Shown here: in pieces, positions 46,338-56,608 of the stretch
Numbering within the stretch: position 1 is the first letter of the stretch
Layout: each line of letters starts with the position of its first letter
Virus record (IMG/VR): IMGVR_UViG_3300000976_000009
Span: 173,151 to 237,150 of that record
Length of the DNA: 64,000 nt
Direction: 5' to 3' (one strand)
From: a virus
Program-made: the position numbers and the translations under genes
Notes under the pieces: generated by a model
Database searches by the model: none
What the model was told of the DNA's origin: nothing
What the model saw: the letters and a program-made list of their open reading frames with translations, nothing else

Positions 46338-47492
46338 ATGTCTATAAAGAGTTTATTAAATGAATCATTAATTAGTGTTTACAATGTTAGTCTAATTAAT
46401 GAAGTTGATTGGGATGATAAGTTTTCGGATACCAAGGCTTCTTGTGTAACACCAGAATCACTTGCAAAAGAAATGAATGCTGAATTAGCTAGAATTAATA
46501 CACCAGCTAAAGATAGAGAAAAACGTGGGGTTGGTAAAGTTATCCACACAAGAGGTAATATAGAAAAATCAATGACTGGGGGTAAATTAGATGTCAATAA
46601 ATTTAAGAAAATGATTACATCTAAGCCTAAGACAATCTTTGACCAAAATCCAAAGATGGAAAAGACTGATGGTGGTGGTGCACAAATCACAGTGAATACT
46701 GGTCTTCCAGCAATTTTAGGTATTATATATGATGAAGAAAAAGGTGAGTTTTTCAAAATAAATACCTGTCCAGGTGCTGGTTCTTGTAAATTGGTTTGTT
46801 ACGCTAGAAAAGGATTCTACGGAATGAATGATGGTAAATCCATGAAGCTAATCCAAAGACTCAATCTATTAATGAATAATCCAGATGAGTATTACCATAT
46901 GATTATGGATGAATTAGAACCAGCAGCAGTATTAGCTAAAAGAAAAGGCAGAAGAGAAGGTCACCCAATACAATTAGTTATTAGATGGAACGATGCTGGA
47001 GATTTCTTCTCAGATACATACTATAAGATAGCACAGAAAGTCACAGCTGATTTATTAGCTGATGGATATAATGTTAAATCATATGCTTATACTAAACAAG
47101 GTAAATATATGGATTTAACAAATAGTGATTTCATTATGAATTTTTCCAGAGGTGCAAACAAAAGAGAAATGGATAAAGTTGATATCGAAAAAGTCAAACA
47201 ATCCGTAATCGTACCAAGAGAAGCATTTGGTGATATATTCATTAAGAAAGGTCCACACTATGAAAAAGATGAAAATGGGTTACCTAAATTTGTCCAAGGT
47301 GGTGCTGATGAACTTAAAAAGAGATTATCCAAAGAATATAAAGTGCCATTTGAAACAATGAAGTACCTAAATGAATTACCACCGCAACAAATGGAGCCAT
47401 TAAGTATAAACGCCATAGTTCTACCAAGTGGTGATGGTGACATTGCGGCTCAAAGAGAAGACGTGAAAATCACATTTTTATTAATACATTAA
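46338..47492 (+). CDS. gp88-like protein (CxxxxxCxxxC, radical-SAM-related)
   Basis: TCPGAGSCKLVCYARKG, IRWNDAGDF, YAYTK. Confidence 0.7.
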   Translation: MSIKSLLNESLISVYNVSLINEVDWDDKFSDTKASCVTPESLAKEMNAELARINTPAKDREKRGVGKVIHTRGNIEKSMTGGKLDVNKFKKMITSKPKTIFDQNPKMEKTDGGGAQITVNTGLPAILGIIYDEEKGEFFKINTCPGAGSCKLVCYARKGFYGMNDGKSMKLIQRLNLLMNNPDEYYHMIMDELEPAAVLAKRKGRREGHPIQLVIRWNDAGDFFSDTYYKIAQKVTADLLADGYNVKSYAYTKQGKYMDLTNSDFIMNFSRGANKREMDKVDIEKVKQSVIVPREAFGDIFIKKGPHYEKDENGLPKFVQGGADELKKRLSKEYKVPFETMKYLNELPPQQMEPLSINAIVLPSGDGDIAAQREDVKITFLLIH

Positions 47493-47881
47493 ACAAGGGA
47501 GAGCAGATTGCTCTCTTTTTTTATTGTGGGTTACAACAAAATATCCTAATTTTGTGATATGAAGAATATTATAATCGTAGATGTGGATACTGATAGAACA
47601 CCAGCAATCCAAATAGGTAAGATGGAAGGGTCTGACTTACCAAAGAATCAAGAAGAAGCAAAAGATGTCATTATTAAGGATATGGCATGTCTAACTGAGG
47701 CATTATGTACATTAATTAATGCTGCTGACCAAAGTAACATTAAAACAATCAAAGAATCAATGCAAGATGTTATGACACATCTTGAACGTGGGACTAGTGA
47801 TGAAGAATATGGTGCTGAAATCAAGGTTACCGAAAAGTCTGAATCTATTGACAACGAAGAAGAATAAACTATATTTGTAAA

Positions 47882-48181
47882 ATGGAAGAAGATAATAACA
47901 TATGTTGTGAAATGTGTAAGCGGGATTTACCGACTACATCTCATCACTTAATCCCCCAACAAGTTCACACTAAAAACTGGTGTAAGAAAATGTTCACTAA
48001 GGAAGAGAGAAAGAATCGTAGGGCAGACTTATGTAGAGATTGTCACCCTTATTTGCATAAAAAATTCACACATGCTGAGTTAGCTAGAGAATATAATACA
48101 GTTGAATTGATATTAGCTAATGAAGAAGTTGCTAAACATATGGTATGGCTTAAGAAACAAAGAAAAAAAGCAAAAAGATGA
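47882..48181 (+). CDS. HNH endonuclease-like protein
   Basis: CEMC..HHLIP..LCRDCHPYLH. Confidence 0.75.
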   Translation: MEEDNNICCEMCKRDLPTTSHHLIPQQVHTKNWCKKMFTKEERKNRRADLCRDCHPYLHKKFTHAELAREYNTVELILANEEVAKHMVWLKKQRKKAKR

Positions 48182-48304
48182 TTGAAACTATAAAATTAGA
48201 TAAAAATAATCGAATGCTTAGAATTGGCTTTGGTAAGAATAAAGGTAATTGGTTTTTCCGAATTGATTTGTGGTGGAGAGGTTATCGTTTTAAAAAAATA
48301 ATAA

Positions 48305-48757
48305 ATGAAAACATATAAAGGGTTTATTGGTTCATTGGAAGAACACCAAGTATTTGTTTTTGGTTCGAATCCAGAAGGTAGGCATGGTGCTGGAACCGCA
48401 AAGATAGCAATGGACCACCTAGGGGCTAAATGGGGTGTTGGTAGAGGACTTATGGGTCAAACATATGGTCTTATCACAAAAAACCTTAGACCGTTCTTCT
48501 ATGAGAAGGAAACTGGGTTGGAGTACGTGAAGGCTGGAAATCGAAGTGTATCTCCAGAAAGAATTAAAGAGAATATAATTGAATTATATCAATTTGCTAT
48601 TGATAATCCAGAGATGGAATTTTTTGTGGCATATACACCATATGGTAAATTACTAAATGGTTATACAATAAATGAGATGGCTGAAATGTTTTGTGTTAAA
48701 GCCATACCAAATAATATAATATTTAATGAAGATTTTGTAAAATTATTAGAGATATGA
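48305..48757 (+). CDS. macrodomain-related phage protein
   Basis: VFVFGSNPEGRHGAGTAK..G.GQTY. Confidence 0.6.
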   Translation: MKTYKGFIGSLEEHQVFVFGSNPEGRHGAGTAKIAMDHLGAKWGVGRGLMGQTYGLITKNLRPFFYEKETGLEYVKAGNRSVSPERIKENIIELYQFAIDNPEMEFFVAYTPYGKLLNGYTINEMAEMFCVKAIPNNIIFNEDFVKLLEI

Positions 48758-49314
48758 AAATAGGAGATAAATTTAAAGAAGTACTCAATGAAGCGGCTGG
48801 ACATAAGTATGGTTGTGTAATGTTGTTTTTAGAAGCCCCAAAAGGATGGTGGAATGATAGATTAGACGTAATCGATGAAGAAGATGTATATACTCCAGAA
48901 GGTGAAAGGGATTATGGTAAACAAGCTGCATCTGAATCACATGTAACTATTTTATATGGGCTACATTCAGATATTCCAGATGAAGAGATTGAGGCTTTAA
49001 TTGATAATATGACAGCACCAGAGGTTACGTTGAAAAATATCACAATGTTTGACAATGCTGATAAAGGGTTTGATGTTGTTAAGTTTGATGTTGAAGGTAA
49101 AGAGTTATTTGACATGAATAAAGCATTTGCTGAGAAGCCACATACAACTGATTATCCAGATTATCACCCACATTGTACTATTGCGTATGTTAATGCTGGT
49201 ACTGGGAAAAAGTATACTGAAATATTATCTAAGGATGATGAAATAACTCTTAAGCCTACTAAAGTTGTTTATTCAAAAGCAAACGGAGAAAAGAAAGAAT
49301 ATAAATTTAAGTAA
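48754..49314 (+). CDS. 2H phosphodiesterase, Acb1/T4 gp57B-like
   Basis: SHVTILYG and DYHPHCTIAY. Confidence 0.75.
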   Translation: MKIGDKFKEVLNEAAGHKYGCVMLFLEAPKGWWNDRLDVIDEEDVYTPEGERDYGKQAASESHVTILYGLHSDIPDEEIEALIDNMTAPEVTLKNITMFDNADKGFDVVKFDVEGKELFDMNKAFAEKPHTTDYPDYHPHCTIAYVNAGTGKKYTEILSKDDEITLKPTKVVYSKANGEKKEYKFK

Positions 49315-49497
49315 TATGGTTTTTGAAACAGACGAAAAAGGAAATGTTATATTAAAAGAAGTATATAATGATGTCACATTAAAAAGTAATGCTGGTGAGA
49401 AATTAAGTATATGTATGAGGGATTCTGGATTTGAATTCACATATGAAGGTCAAAAATATGAGGCAAAAAATGGTCAATTAAAATTGGTCGTAACAAA

Positions 49498-49707
49498 ATG
49501 ACATATTATTGTGATAATATGAGGCATTTAGTATGTGTACCTTATAGTATTGACAATCTACATAAAATGGCTAAAGACTTGAATATCAAAAGGTGTTGGT
49601 TCCATAAAGACCATTACGATATACCAAAAAGAAGGATAAAAGAAATTCAAGATAAGTGTGTTGTAGTTAGTCCTAAAGATATCGTTAATATAATTAAAGA
49701 AGACTGA
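49498..49707 (+). CDS. DUF4031-like protein
   Basis: LHKMAKDLNIKRCWFH..HYDI. Confidence 0.65.
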   Translation: MTYYCDNMRHLVCVPYSIDNLHKMAKDLNIKRCWFHKDHYDIPKRRIKEIQDKCVVVSPKDIVNIIKED

Positions 49708-49757
49708 ATATCCCACACCATTAACAAGTTGACTAAAAATGGTGATACTTATATAGT

Positions 49758-50534
49758 ATGGGATTAAACATTATTATATTATCGTTGTTACCAGCAATTA
49801 TCTACATTTTGATAATTTATGTAACTGTACCTTACAAGAAAATTAACCTTAGCACTGGGTTCATGTACCTATTTATTGGATTCATGTCAGTTGGTGTATT
49901 AAAGTGGATATGGTTAGCATTTCCTAGCACAACCACTTTAGCCGATAATTTTGTTAATTATTATGATGACCCATTTAAGTACTTTCATTACTTTTACTTT
50001 GGACAAGTTGCATTTTTAGAAGAATTATCTAAGTTGATTATATTTTTAATAGTTGGATTATATCGCAGAAAAACAAGTAATATGAAAGACCACCCAATGG
50101 CAACAATGTTCTATATGGGGATGGTATCATTAGGTTTTGCTGTAATCGAAAATATACAATATGGACAAAATTATGGTGATTCGGTATTATATTGGAGAGC
50201 AATAACCGCAGTAATTGGACATATGGTGTTTGGATTATTCATGGGTTACTGGATAGCAATGGGTAAAATGGGTACTAGATTATATGATAGGTCTTTATTT
50301 GATTTAACAATAAATAAGAATAAGAAAGTTAGAAATGTGTTATTCACATTTATTGGTTTAAGTGCAGCAACAATTATACATGGTATATATGATTTACATT
50401 TGGAGTTTAATGGTCAAACTGGTATAACTGGTATTTACATGTTATTAATTTTTTCAGTAATAGGTGCTTATTGGTGTTTTCAGAATCTTATGAAGCTTTA
50501 TAAGAAAAAACAAGAACATTTAAAAAATAAATAA
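49758..50534 (+). CDS. PrsW family intramembrane protease
   Basis: EELSK, GFAVIEN, GHMVF, HGIYD. Confidence 0.85.
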   Translation: MGLNIIILSLLPAIIYILIIYVTVPYKKINLSTGFMYLFIGFMSVGVLKWIWLAFPSTTTLADNFVNYYDDPFKYFHYFYFGQVAFLEELSKLIIFLIVGLYRRKTSNMKDHPMATMFYMGMVSLGFAVIENIQYGQNYGDSVLYWRAITAVIGHMVFGLFMGYWIAMGKMGTRLYDRSLFDLTINKNKKVRNVLFTFIGLSAATIIHGIYDLHLEFNGQTGITGIYMLLIFSVIGAYWCFQNLMKLYKKKQEHLKNK

Positions 50535-50546
50535 AATTCAAAAAAA

Positions 50547-50981
50547 GTGATAACAAATAAATTAGAGGCAGTACACTCATTTACTGTGATGATTAAAGAT
50601 TGTAATTTTAATCGTGATGAAAATAATGAGATAGGTATATTATTTGGTGGTAAGCTAATGTATGAAATTGATTATGCTGGTGCTAAAATAGCTAGGAGAG
50701 CAACATATGGGGTGAATTGTGATATGGTAGTGACTGCATCAATGGATAAAATTGATTTTAATGCACCAGCAATTGTTGGTGATATTATTACTATGACTGC
50801 TAAAATTAAATCATTAGGTAGAAGTTCAATACAGATACGTGTGACAATAACTCGTGAAAGTTTAAAGGGTGATGTTGAACATATTAGTTCAGCAAATATG
50901 ACATTTGTTACAGTAAAAGGTGGTAAAGCATTTCCACATAATTTAACTTTTGAGAAATTAGAAAAAGATAGTGAAATATGA
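50547..50981 (+). CDS. hotdog-fold acyl-CoA thioesterase
   Basis: LFGGKLM..D..VVTAS..GRSSI..TFVTV. Confidence 0.85.
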   Translation: MITNKLEAVHSFTVMIKDCNFNRDENNEIGILFGGKLMYEIDYAGAKIARRATYGVNCDMVVTASMDKIDFNAPAIVGDIITMTAKIKSLGRSSIQIRVTITRESLKGDVEHISSANMTFVTVKGGKAFPHNLTFEKLEKDSEI

Positions 50982-51517
50982 GTGTAAAATTAAGTGATAT
51001 TATTATTATTGTAGCCGCTTCAACCAATAATGTAATTGGAAAAGATGGCGACCTACCTTGGAATTTACCAAGTGACCTTAAAATGTTTAAGGAAGTTACT
51101 ACAGACCATGTGGTTGTAATGGGTAGAAAGTGTTGGGAATCAATTCCAGAAAAATATAGACCATTACCTAATAGAACTAATATAGTTTTAAGTAGAAATC
51201 CAGATTATAAGGCTGATGGGGCTGAGGTTAGGTCTGATTTACAAAATTCTTTAGAAGAATTTATGTATGATGGTAAAGATATTTTTGTTATTGGTGGTGC
51301 TGAAATATATAAAGAAGCCTTTCAATACGCAAATAAACTCTATATGACTAGAGTTGTTGCAGAAATAGAGGGTGACACATATCTAGAGGGATTAGTTGGT
51401 TCTGATTGGCATTTAGTCGAATTTGAAGGACCATTTAATGAGGATGAATTAGATTTTAGATTTGAGAAATACAGAAGAAATGAAGGAAATAGTAAAACAA
51501 ATAATAGCGAAGGATAA
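50978..51517 (+). CDS. folA: dihydrofolate reductase
   Basis: IGKDGDLPW.LPSDL, MGRK.WES, RPLPNR, IGGAEIY, GDT. Confidence 0.95.
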   Translation: MSVKLSDIIIIVAASTNNVIGKDGDLPWNLPSDLKMFKEVTTDHVVVMGRKCWESIPEKYRPLPNRTNIVLSRNPDYKADGAEVRSDLQNSLEEFMYDGKDIFVIGGAEIYKEAFQYANKLYMTRVVAEIEGDTYLEGLVGSDWHLVEFEGPFNEDELDFRFEKYRRNEGNSKTNNSEG

Positions 51518-51670
51518 AGCAAGTGCCGTTATTCATTCATGTGAAAATTGTTTTCATTATGAAGTGGCTGAAAATTATATTAATAGATATAGAATTGTTT
51601 TCAATGATTTACTTGGTTGGACTGAATTGAAGGGAGAACTTAAGAAGGTTAGATTAAAAAATTTAGGTGT

Positions 51671-52243
51671 ATGAAAATTGGTGTAATTGGTAGTAGAAGT
51701 TATGATGACTATGAAGAACTAAAAAAAGTTCTTGATTCATTTGATAACATCACATTAATTATATCTGGTGGTGCTAATGGTGCTGATAAATTAGGTGAAA
51801 AATATGCTGATGATAATAATATTGAAAAACTAATTCACTATCCAGATTGGGATGAACATGGTAAAATGGCTGGTTTTGTTAGAAATACAGATATTGTTAA
51901 TGATTCAGATATGGTTGTAGCATTTTGGGATGGTAAATCAAGAGGTACTAAAGATTCAATAACAAAAGCATTTAAGGGTCATACCCCAATATTAACGATA
52001 CATTTTAAACCAATTGATTATGGTGAATGGTGGAATTCATTCAAAGACCATAATGAAAGGGTTGATTTTATAGAAAGTAAGTGGAAAGAATATAGGGATA
52101 TGGGTTATGAAGTTAGTCATTTTAGAAGTGCTTCTTCTATAGGTTGGGCTAGTGGTCATCATATCACAAATAAAGGTTTATATCATGAATTAATGACTAT
52201 ACATACAATGGATAAATGGATTAAAAATCAAAAAAATGAGTAG
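51671..52243 (+). CDS. SLOG/YspA (DUF2493) family protein
   Basis: GSR..ISGGANGAD..AGFVRN..AFWDGKSRGT. Confidence 0.8.
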   Translation: MKIGVIGSRSYDDYEELKKVLDSFDNITLIISGGANGADKLGEKYADDNNIEKLIHYPDWDEHGKMAGFVRNTDIVNDSDMVVAFWDGKSRGTKDSITKAFKGHTPILTIHFKPIDYGEWWNSFKDHNERVDFIESKWKEYRDMGYEVSHFRSASSIGWASGHHITNKGLYHELMTIHTMDKWIKNQKNE

Positions 52244-52724
52244 ATATTACGTTGAGATTAGTCGAGAAAGTAAAGATGGGTATTATGAATTTTCACATTC
52301 ATTACCAATATCGGAAGAAGAAATGCCATATAGTTTAAAAAGAGGGGTAAACTCAAATGGTTGGTGGGTATTAGGTTATAATGATTATATTGGAACATTA
52401 TTATTTGGCTCAGATACTACTTTAAGTGAAGAACAAATGGTGGGAAGAAAAAATATTATGAAAGAACCTAGGTTTGGTGTTAAATATGATATTATGAAAT
52501 TTATCGATACGGAACAATATAAAAGTGATATTAAAATGAGAGAAGATATTAAATACAAGAAAGGTGTTACTTACGAAGGTCTTGGTAAGTATATTGGTGT
52601 GGTAACAGTTTATCCTTGGGGTGTTAATTACAAATATACTGAACATCAGTTTACTGAGGGTATTATTGATAATATTAAGGTTGCAAAAATTAATAAAATA
52701 TTCATTGAAAAATTACCAAAATGA
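52236..52724 (+). CDS. hypothetical protein
   Basis: 162 aa ORF. Confidence 0.5.
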   Translation: MSRYYVEISRESKDGYYEFSHSLPISEEEMPYSLKRGVNSNGWWVLGYNDYIGTLLFGSDTTLSEEQMVGRKNIMKEPRFGVKYDIMKFIDTEQYKSDIKMREDIKYKKGVTYEGLGKYIGVVTVYPWGVNYKYTEHQFTEGIIDNIKVAKINKIFIEKLPK

Positions 52725-53026
52725 ATAGAATAATTGAACGAGAAAAATATTGGTTAATTGAAGTACATCAAAATGGTGTGAAGAAAGCTAAGGCTTACGT
52801 TTGGAAAAATAAGGGTTTGATATCAAACCTATATGTTCGTAAAGAATATAGGGGAGACCCAATGGTTTTAAATGATTTATGGTTAGGTATTTCAAGTTTC
52901 CAAGATTTAGGTTTATATGGGTATGCATCACCCAAAGGTAGATTAGAAAAACGTGAAGCCTTGAAACGATTATATCGAAGATATGGTTTTAAAAATATAA
53001 AGGGAAATAAATTAGTAAAAATATGA
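52721..53026 (+). CDS. small GNAT-like protein
   Basis: ISNLYVRKEYRG..LKRLYRRYGF. Confidence 0.55.
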   Translation: MNRIIEREKYWLIEVHQNGVKKAKAYVWKNKGLISNLYVRKEYRGDPMVLNDLWLGISSFQDLGLYGYASPKGRLEKREALKRLYRRYGFKNIKGNKLVKI

Positions 53027-53589
53027 GTGAAAGAAAAACAATTGTTGTGAATCTGTTCGGAGGACCAGGTTCTGGAAAATCAACACAAGCATTAGGTGTT
53101 ACATACAAATTAAAATTAAATGGTGTTAATTGTGAATATGCTAATGAAATTGCTAAAGATTTAATGTGGCGTGAAGATTATGGGTCACTTAAAGACCAAA
53201 TTAAAATTTTTGGAAAACAAAATGGTAAAATATTTGACCTTAAAAATAAGGTTGATGTTATTATTACAGATAGTCCAGCAGTTATGGGGTTATTATATTG
53301 TGATAATAATGAAGTATCTGTTAAAGAATTGAAATCTTTGGCTATTGCTGAATTTAATAGAGATGATATTATTAATGTTAACATAATGTTGACCAGAGAT
53401 GAAAGTAGAGAGTATGACCCAAATGGGCGTTCACAAACAGAAGATGAAGCGAAACAAAAAGATAGAGATGTTCGTTCATTACTTTCTGACCTTGGGATTA
53501 GGGTTAGACATTTTGTTGGTCAAGAGGCAACAGTCGATTTTATTTATACCGATATAATGAAAAAGTTAGATAAAATTTTGGCAGATTAA
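53023..53589 (+). CDS. P-loop kinase (AAA_28/NadR-like)
   Basis: NLFGGPGSGKST, ITDSP, YDPNGRSQ. Confidence 0.8.
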   Translation: MSERKTIVVNLFGGPGSGKSTQALGVTYKLKLNGVNCEYANEIAKDLMWREDYGSLKDQIKIFGKQNGKIFDLKNKVDVIITDSPAVMGLLYCDNNEVSVKELKSLAIAEFNRDDIINVNIMLTRDESREYDPNGRSQTEDEAKQKDRDVRSLLSDLGIRVRHFVGQEATVDFIYTDIMKKLDKILAD

Positions 53590-53649
53590 TTTATTATTCT
53601 TATATTTGTACAGCCTTGACATTTACGTAGTTTTTACTACATTAATGCT

Positions 53650-54078
53650 ATGGCAAAGAGAGTAAGGAAAAAAACAAATAAAGAGGATGCACCAACTAAG
53701 AAGACGACAACCACGAGGAAGAAATCCCCACCAAAAGCTAAGGTAACTACGACTAAAAAGAAAACAATTGTTAAAAAGTCAATAACTAAAAAGGCTCCAG
53801 TTAGGAAAACTAAAGCAGAACCTAAAAAGCCAACTCCAACGAAAAAGGCACCAAGTAAAAAAGGTCCAGTTTCAAAGGACATACCAAAGCCAACAACAAC
53901 TAGACGTAAACCACTTAGAAATAAAAAATCTGAAAAAAAGTTCATTAGATTGAGGTCTGATGCTGGGTCAGATAAATTTAATGAAATGGGTCAACGTCTT
54001 CAAAGAGGTGAAGTCACTTGGGCTTACTATGCTGTCGATGGTAATTTCCATTACCATTATTATTTGATAAAGAATTAA
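53650..54078 (+). CDS. Lys/Thr/Pro-rich basic (histone H1-like) protein
   Basis: Low-complexity basic N-terminal ~95 aa. Confidence 0.6.
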   Translation: MAKRVRKKTNKEDAPTKKTTTTRKKSPPKAKVTTTKKKTIVKKSITKKAPVRKTKAEPKKPTPTKKAPSKKGPVSKDIPKPTTTRRKPLRNKKSEKKFIRLRSDAGSDKFNEMGQRLQRGEVTWAYYAVDGNFHYHYYLIKN

Positions 54079-54079
54079 A

Positions 54080-54583
54080 ATGATTAGAGAATTAAAAGCA
54101 TTAATAAAATCAGACGAATTTAAGACTTGGTTATCTAATCCCCAGTTGTGGGAGACATTAGATATTGATTATCACCCACCAAGGGTAGAAAGAGTCTGGA
54201 TGCCTTTTGATGATAAAAGAGTATCACTACATGTGATTCACCCATGTCATAAAGATGATGCATTGTTACATCTACACCCTTGGGAATCAGCAGTATATAT
54301 TTTACCAATTGGTGGAAGATATGAACATGGTGTGGGATATATTATGGGTAATAAAGTAAATATTGTTTGTACACAAGAATTTAGAGGTGATGTTTACTAT
54401 GAGATGCTTAACGAGAATGGAGCTCATTACGTTAGACCTTATGGTTTGCCAGTCTTCACGGTAATGATATCGGGTCCCAAAATTTGGGAGAACAATGGAA
54501 CTAAAGTTGATAAGAAGTTAGAACCATTAAGTGAAGAAAGAAAGATAGAAATTTTAGAAACATTTAAACACTATTTCGAATGA
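54080..54583 (+). CDS. cupin-like protein
   Basis: LHVIH..HLHPW..G.Y..H.V. Confidence 0.5.
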   Translation: MIRELKALIKSDEFKTWLSNPQLWETLDIDYHPPRVERVWMPFDDKRVSLHVIHPCHKDDALLHLHPWESAVYILPIGGRYEHGVGYIMGNKVNIVCTQEFRGDVYYEMLNENGAHYVRPYGLPVFTVMISGPKIWENNGTKVDKKLEPLSEERKIEILETFKHYFE

Positions 54584-54990
54584 AATTAATTGAAAAAATT
54601 AATGCAGATTTTATTACTGCATTTAAAGCTAGTAAAGGAAACGAAGCTAAAAAATTAGAGAAAGATTTTTTAGGTCTTTTAAAGAGTGAATTCACAAAGG
54701 AGTCTAAAGACCCAGAAGATGTATTTATTGTAAGTAAGATTAAAGCTATGATTAAGAATGCGGCTGCAACTAATAGTCTGACTGATGCAGAATTAAATAT
54801 ACTTAATGGTTACTTACCAACACAGTTGACTGAGGAACAATTAATTAATATTTTGACTAATGAAGCCAAAGATAAGGGTTATAAGATGATGGGTGACATG
54901 GGTAAAATGATGTCATTTCTTAAAAACAATTATGGTGGTCAATATGATGGAAAAATGGCTTCAACACTTGTTAGAACATTACTTAAATAA
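54580..54990 (+). CDS. GatB/YqeY domain protein
   Basis: E..IL..YLP.QL..DMGKMM..YDGK. Confidence 0.85.
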   Translation: MKLIEKINADFITAFKASKGNEAKKLEKDFLGLLKSEFTKESKDPEDVFIVSKIKAMIKNAAATNSLTDAELNILNGYLPTQLTEEQLINILTNEAKDKGYKMMGDMGKMMSFLKNNYGGQYDGKMASTLVRTLLK

Positions 54991-55422
54991 TGCTGTACCA
55001 TTTAGTTGCAATATTGGTGATACATTATCTTGGTGATACATTATCTAGGTGACTTCATTTTCCAAACTAGGACTATGGGTCTTAGAAAAGGTAAGAGTAT
55101 AATGTGGTTAAGTATGCATGTTGGTGTATACTTAATTGCATTACTTATTTTCGGTATTACATTTGGTAGTTATGTCGTTGATGATGGTAATTTAATGCCA
55201 GTAGTTGAATGGTGTTTATTAAATGCTGTTATTCATTGGATAACTGATTTTTTAACTAGTAGAGCTAGTGGGTTCTGTTATTTAAAGATGACAAAAGCGG
55301 AAGCTGATGGTAATGAAAAGAAGAAGCACTTATGGCAATACCATTTTTGGTCAGTGATAGGTTTTGACCAACTTTTACATGCTTCAACATTGTTAATAAC
55401 TTATTATTATTTCTTTGTATGA
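54990..55422 (+). CDS. DUF3307 family membrane protein (start disrupted by a 16-nt duplication)
   Basis: HYLGDFIFQ..H..HWITD..IGFDQLLH. Confidence 0.75.
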
Positions 55423-55622
55423 TATACGTAATTTTATTTTTTGCACACATATACATGACTTTCAAATTATTAGATGCTTGTGAACAAAAAGGTGAGAAAG
55501 AATTCATAAAAAAATACAAAATAGTATTGTGGATTCCAATTATAAATTATATATTTGCATTAACATTAGAGACAAGGGCTTGGCTTAAGTCTTATATTAA
55601 AAATTTCAAAACACTTTAATAA

Positions 55623-56225
55623 ATGGAGAAAAATAGAATCCAGAAAAAGCTAGATGAGCTTTTTGAGAACCCAAAATCAAAAAATTTCTTAAATCACTTA
55701 ATCAGAGCTTATTTACCAATTGGTAAAGCCGTTAAAGTTTGGGATAAGCCAGAGAAGAAATTCAGATGTGTGTTAACTAATGCACCATTAATTAGTATTG
55801 GCGAAGCCCTTGATGGTATGCAAACCGAAGAATTCAAAGCTGATTTCCATACACACCTTAAAGCTTGGGTAAATGGTAATCAAGAGGTTCAATCTCCAAT
55901 GGTTAAAATGTTAAATGGTAAAGTTTTAGGTTTTACTGGTGATGATACTACGACATATATGTCTCAAGAAGCATATCAAGAATTTTATAATTGGGTGGTA
56001 TCTAAAATGTTATCTGGTGATAAACATATCAATTGGTTAATTAATTCAATGCAAAAAGACCAATTTGTTAAAAGAGCTGAATCAGTAGCTAGTGATGATG
56101 TACAAAAGAAGGCATTAAAGGCAATCAAAAAAAGTATTAAAAATCATAAGAGAGCAACAACTACATTGGGTGACTTAGGTGTCCTTCAAGAATTGAAAGC
56201 GAAGCTTGAATCAAACGGAGAATAA
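55623..56225 (+). CDS. hypothetical protein
   Basis: 200 aa, C-terminal TTLGDLGVLQELKAKL. Confidence 0.6.
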   Translation: MEKNRIQKKLDELFENPKSKNFLNHLIRAYLPIGKAVKVWDKPEKKFRCVLTNAPLISIGEALDGMQTEEFKADFHTHLKAWVNGNQEVQSPMVKMLNGKVLGFTGDDTTTYMSQEAYQEFYNWVVSKMLSGDKHINWLINSMQKDQFVKRAESVASDDVQKKALKAIKKSIKNHKRATTTLGDLGVLQELKAKLESNGE

Positions 56226-56605
56226 TGGGTTACTCAATTGGGAATATTGTGTATGGTATATCACCAAATATAGAAATGCGTGAACTTATTGATAAACATG
56301 AGTTAGTTGATTTTGATGGGTTTACCACATATTATTCTGGTCATAACCCAACACCCATTATGATTGGTTCATTTATTAAAAGCATTAATGAATGTAATGA
56401 TGTGGATTTAACCATATTATTGGTTTAATTAAATGATAATAAATTAGAACATATTAATGAATTCAAAACCCAAAGAAAGTTAGCCATAGAATCATTAATC
56501 GATGCATCTGATGCATATGGTATTGATGAATCAATTATAAGTGAAATAACTGATTGGATTAATAACACACAACCAAGCTTTAAAATTGTTTGGTCAACAT
56601 CATAA
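56225..56605 (+). pseudogene. hypothetical protein with in-frame TAA
   Basis: Frame stays open 58 codons beyond TAA at 56426-56428, up to the next gene. Confidence 0.5.
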
Positions 56606-56608
56606 ATT

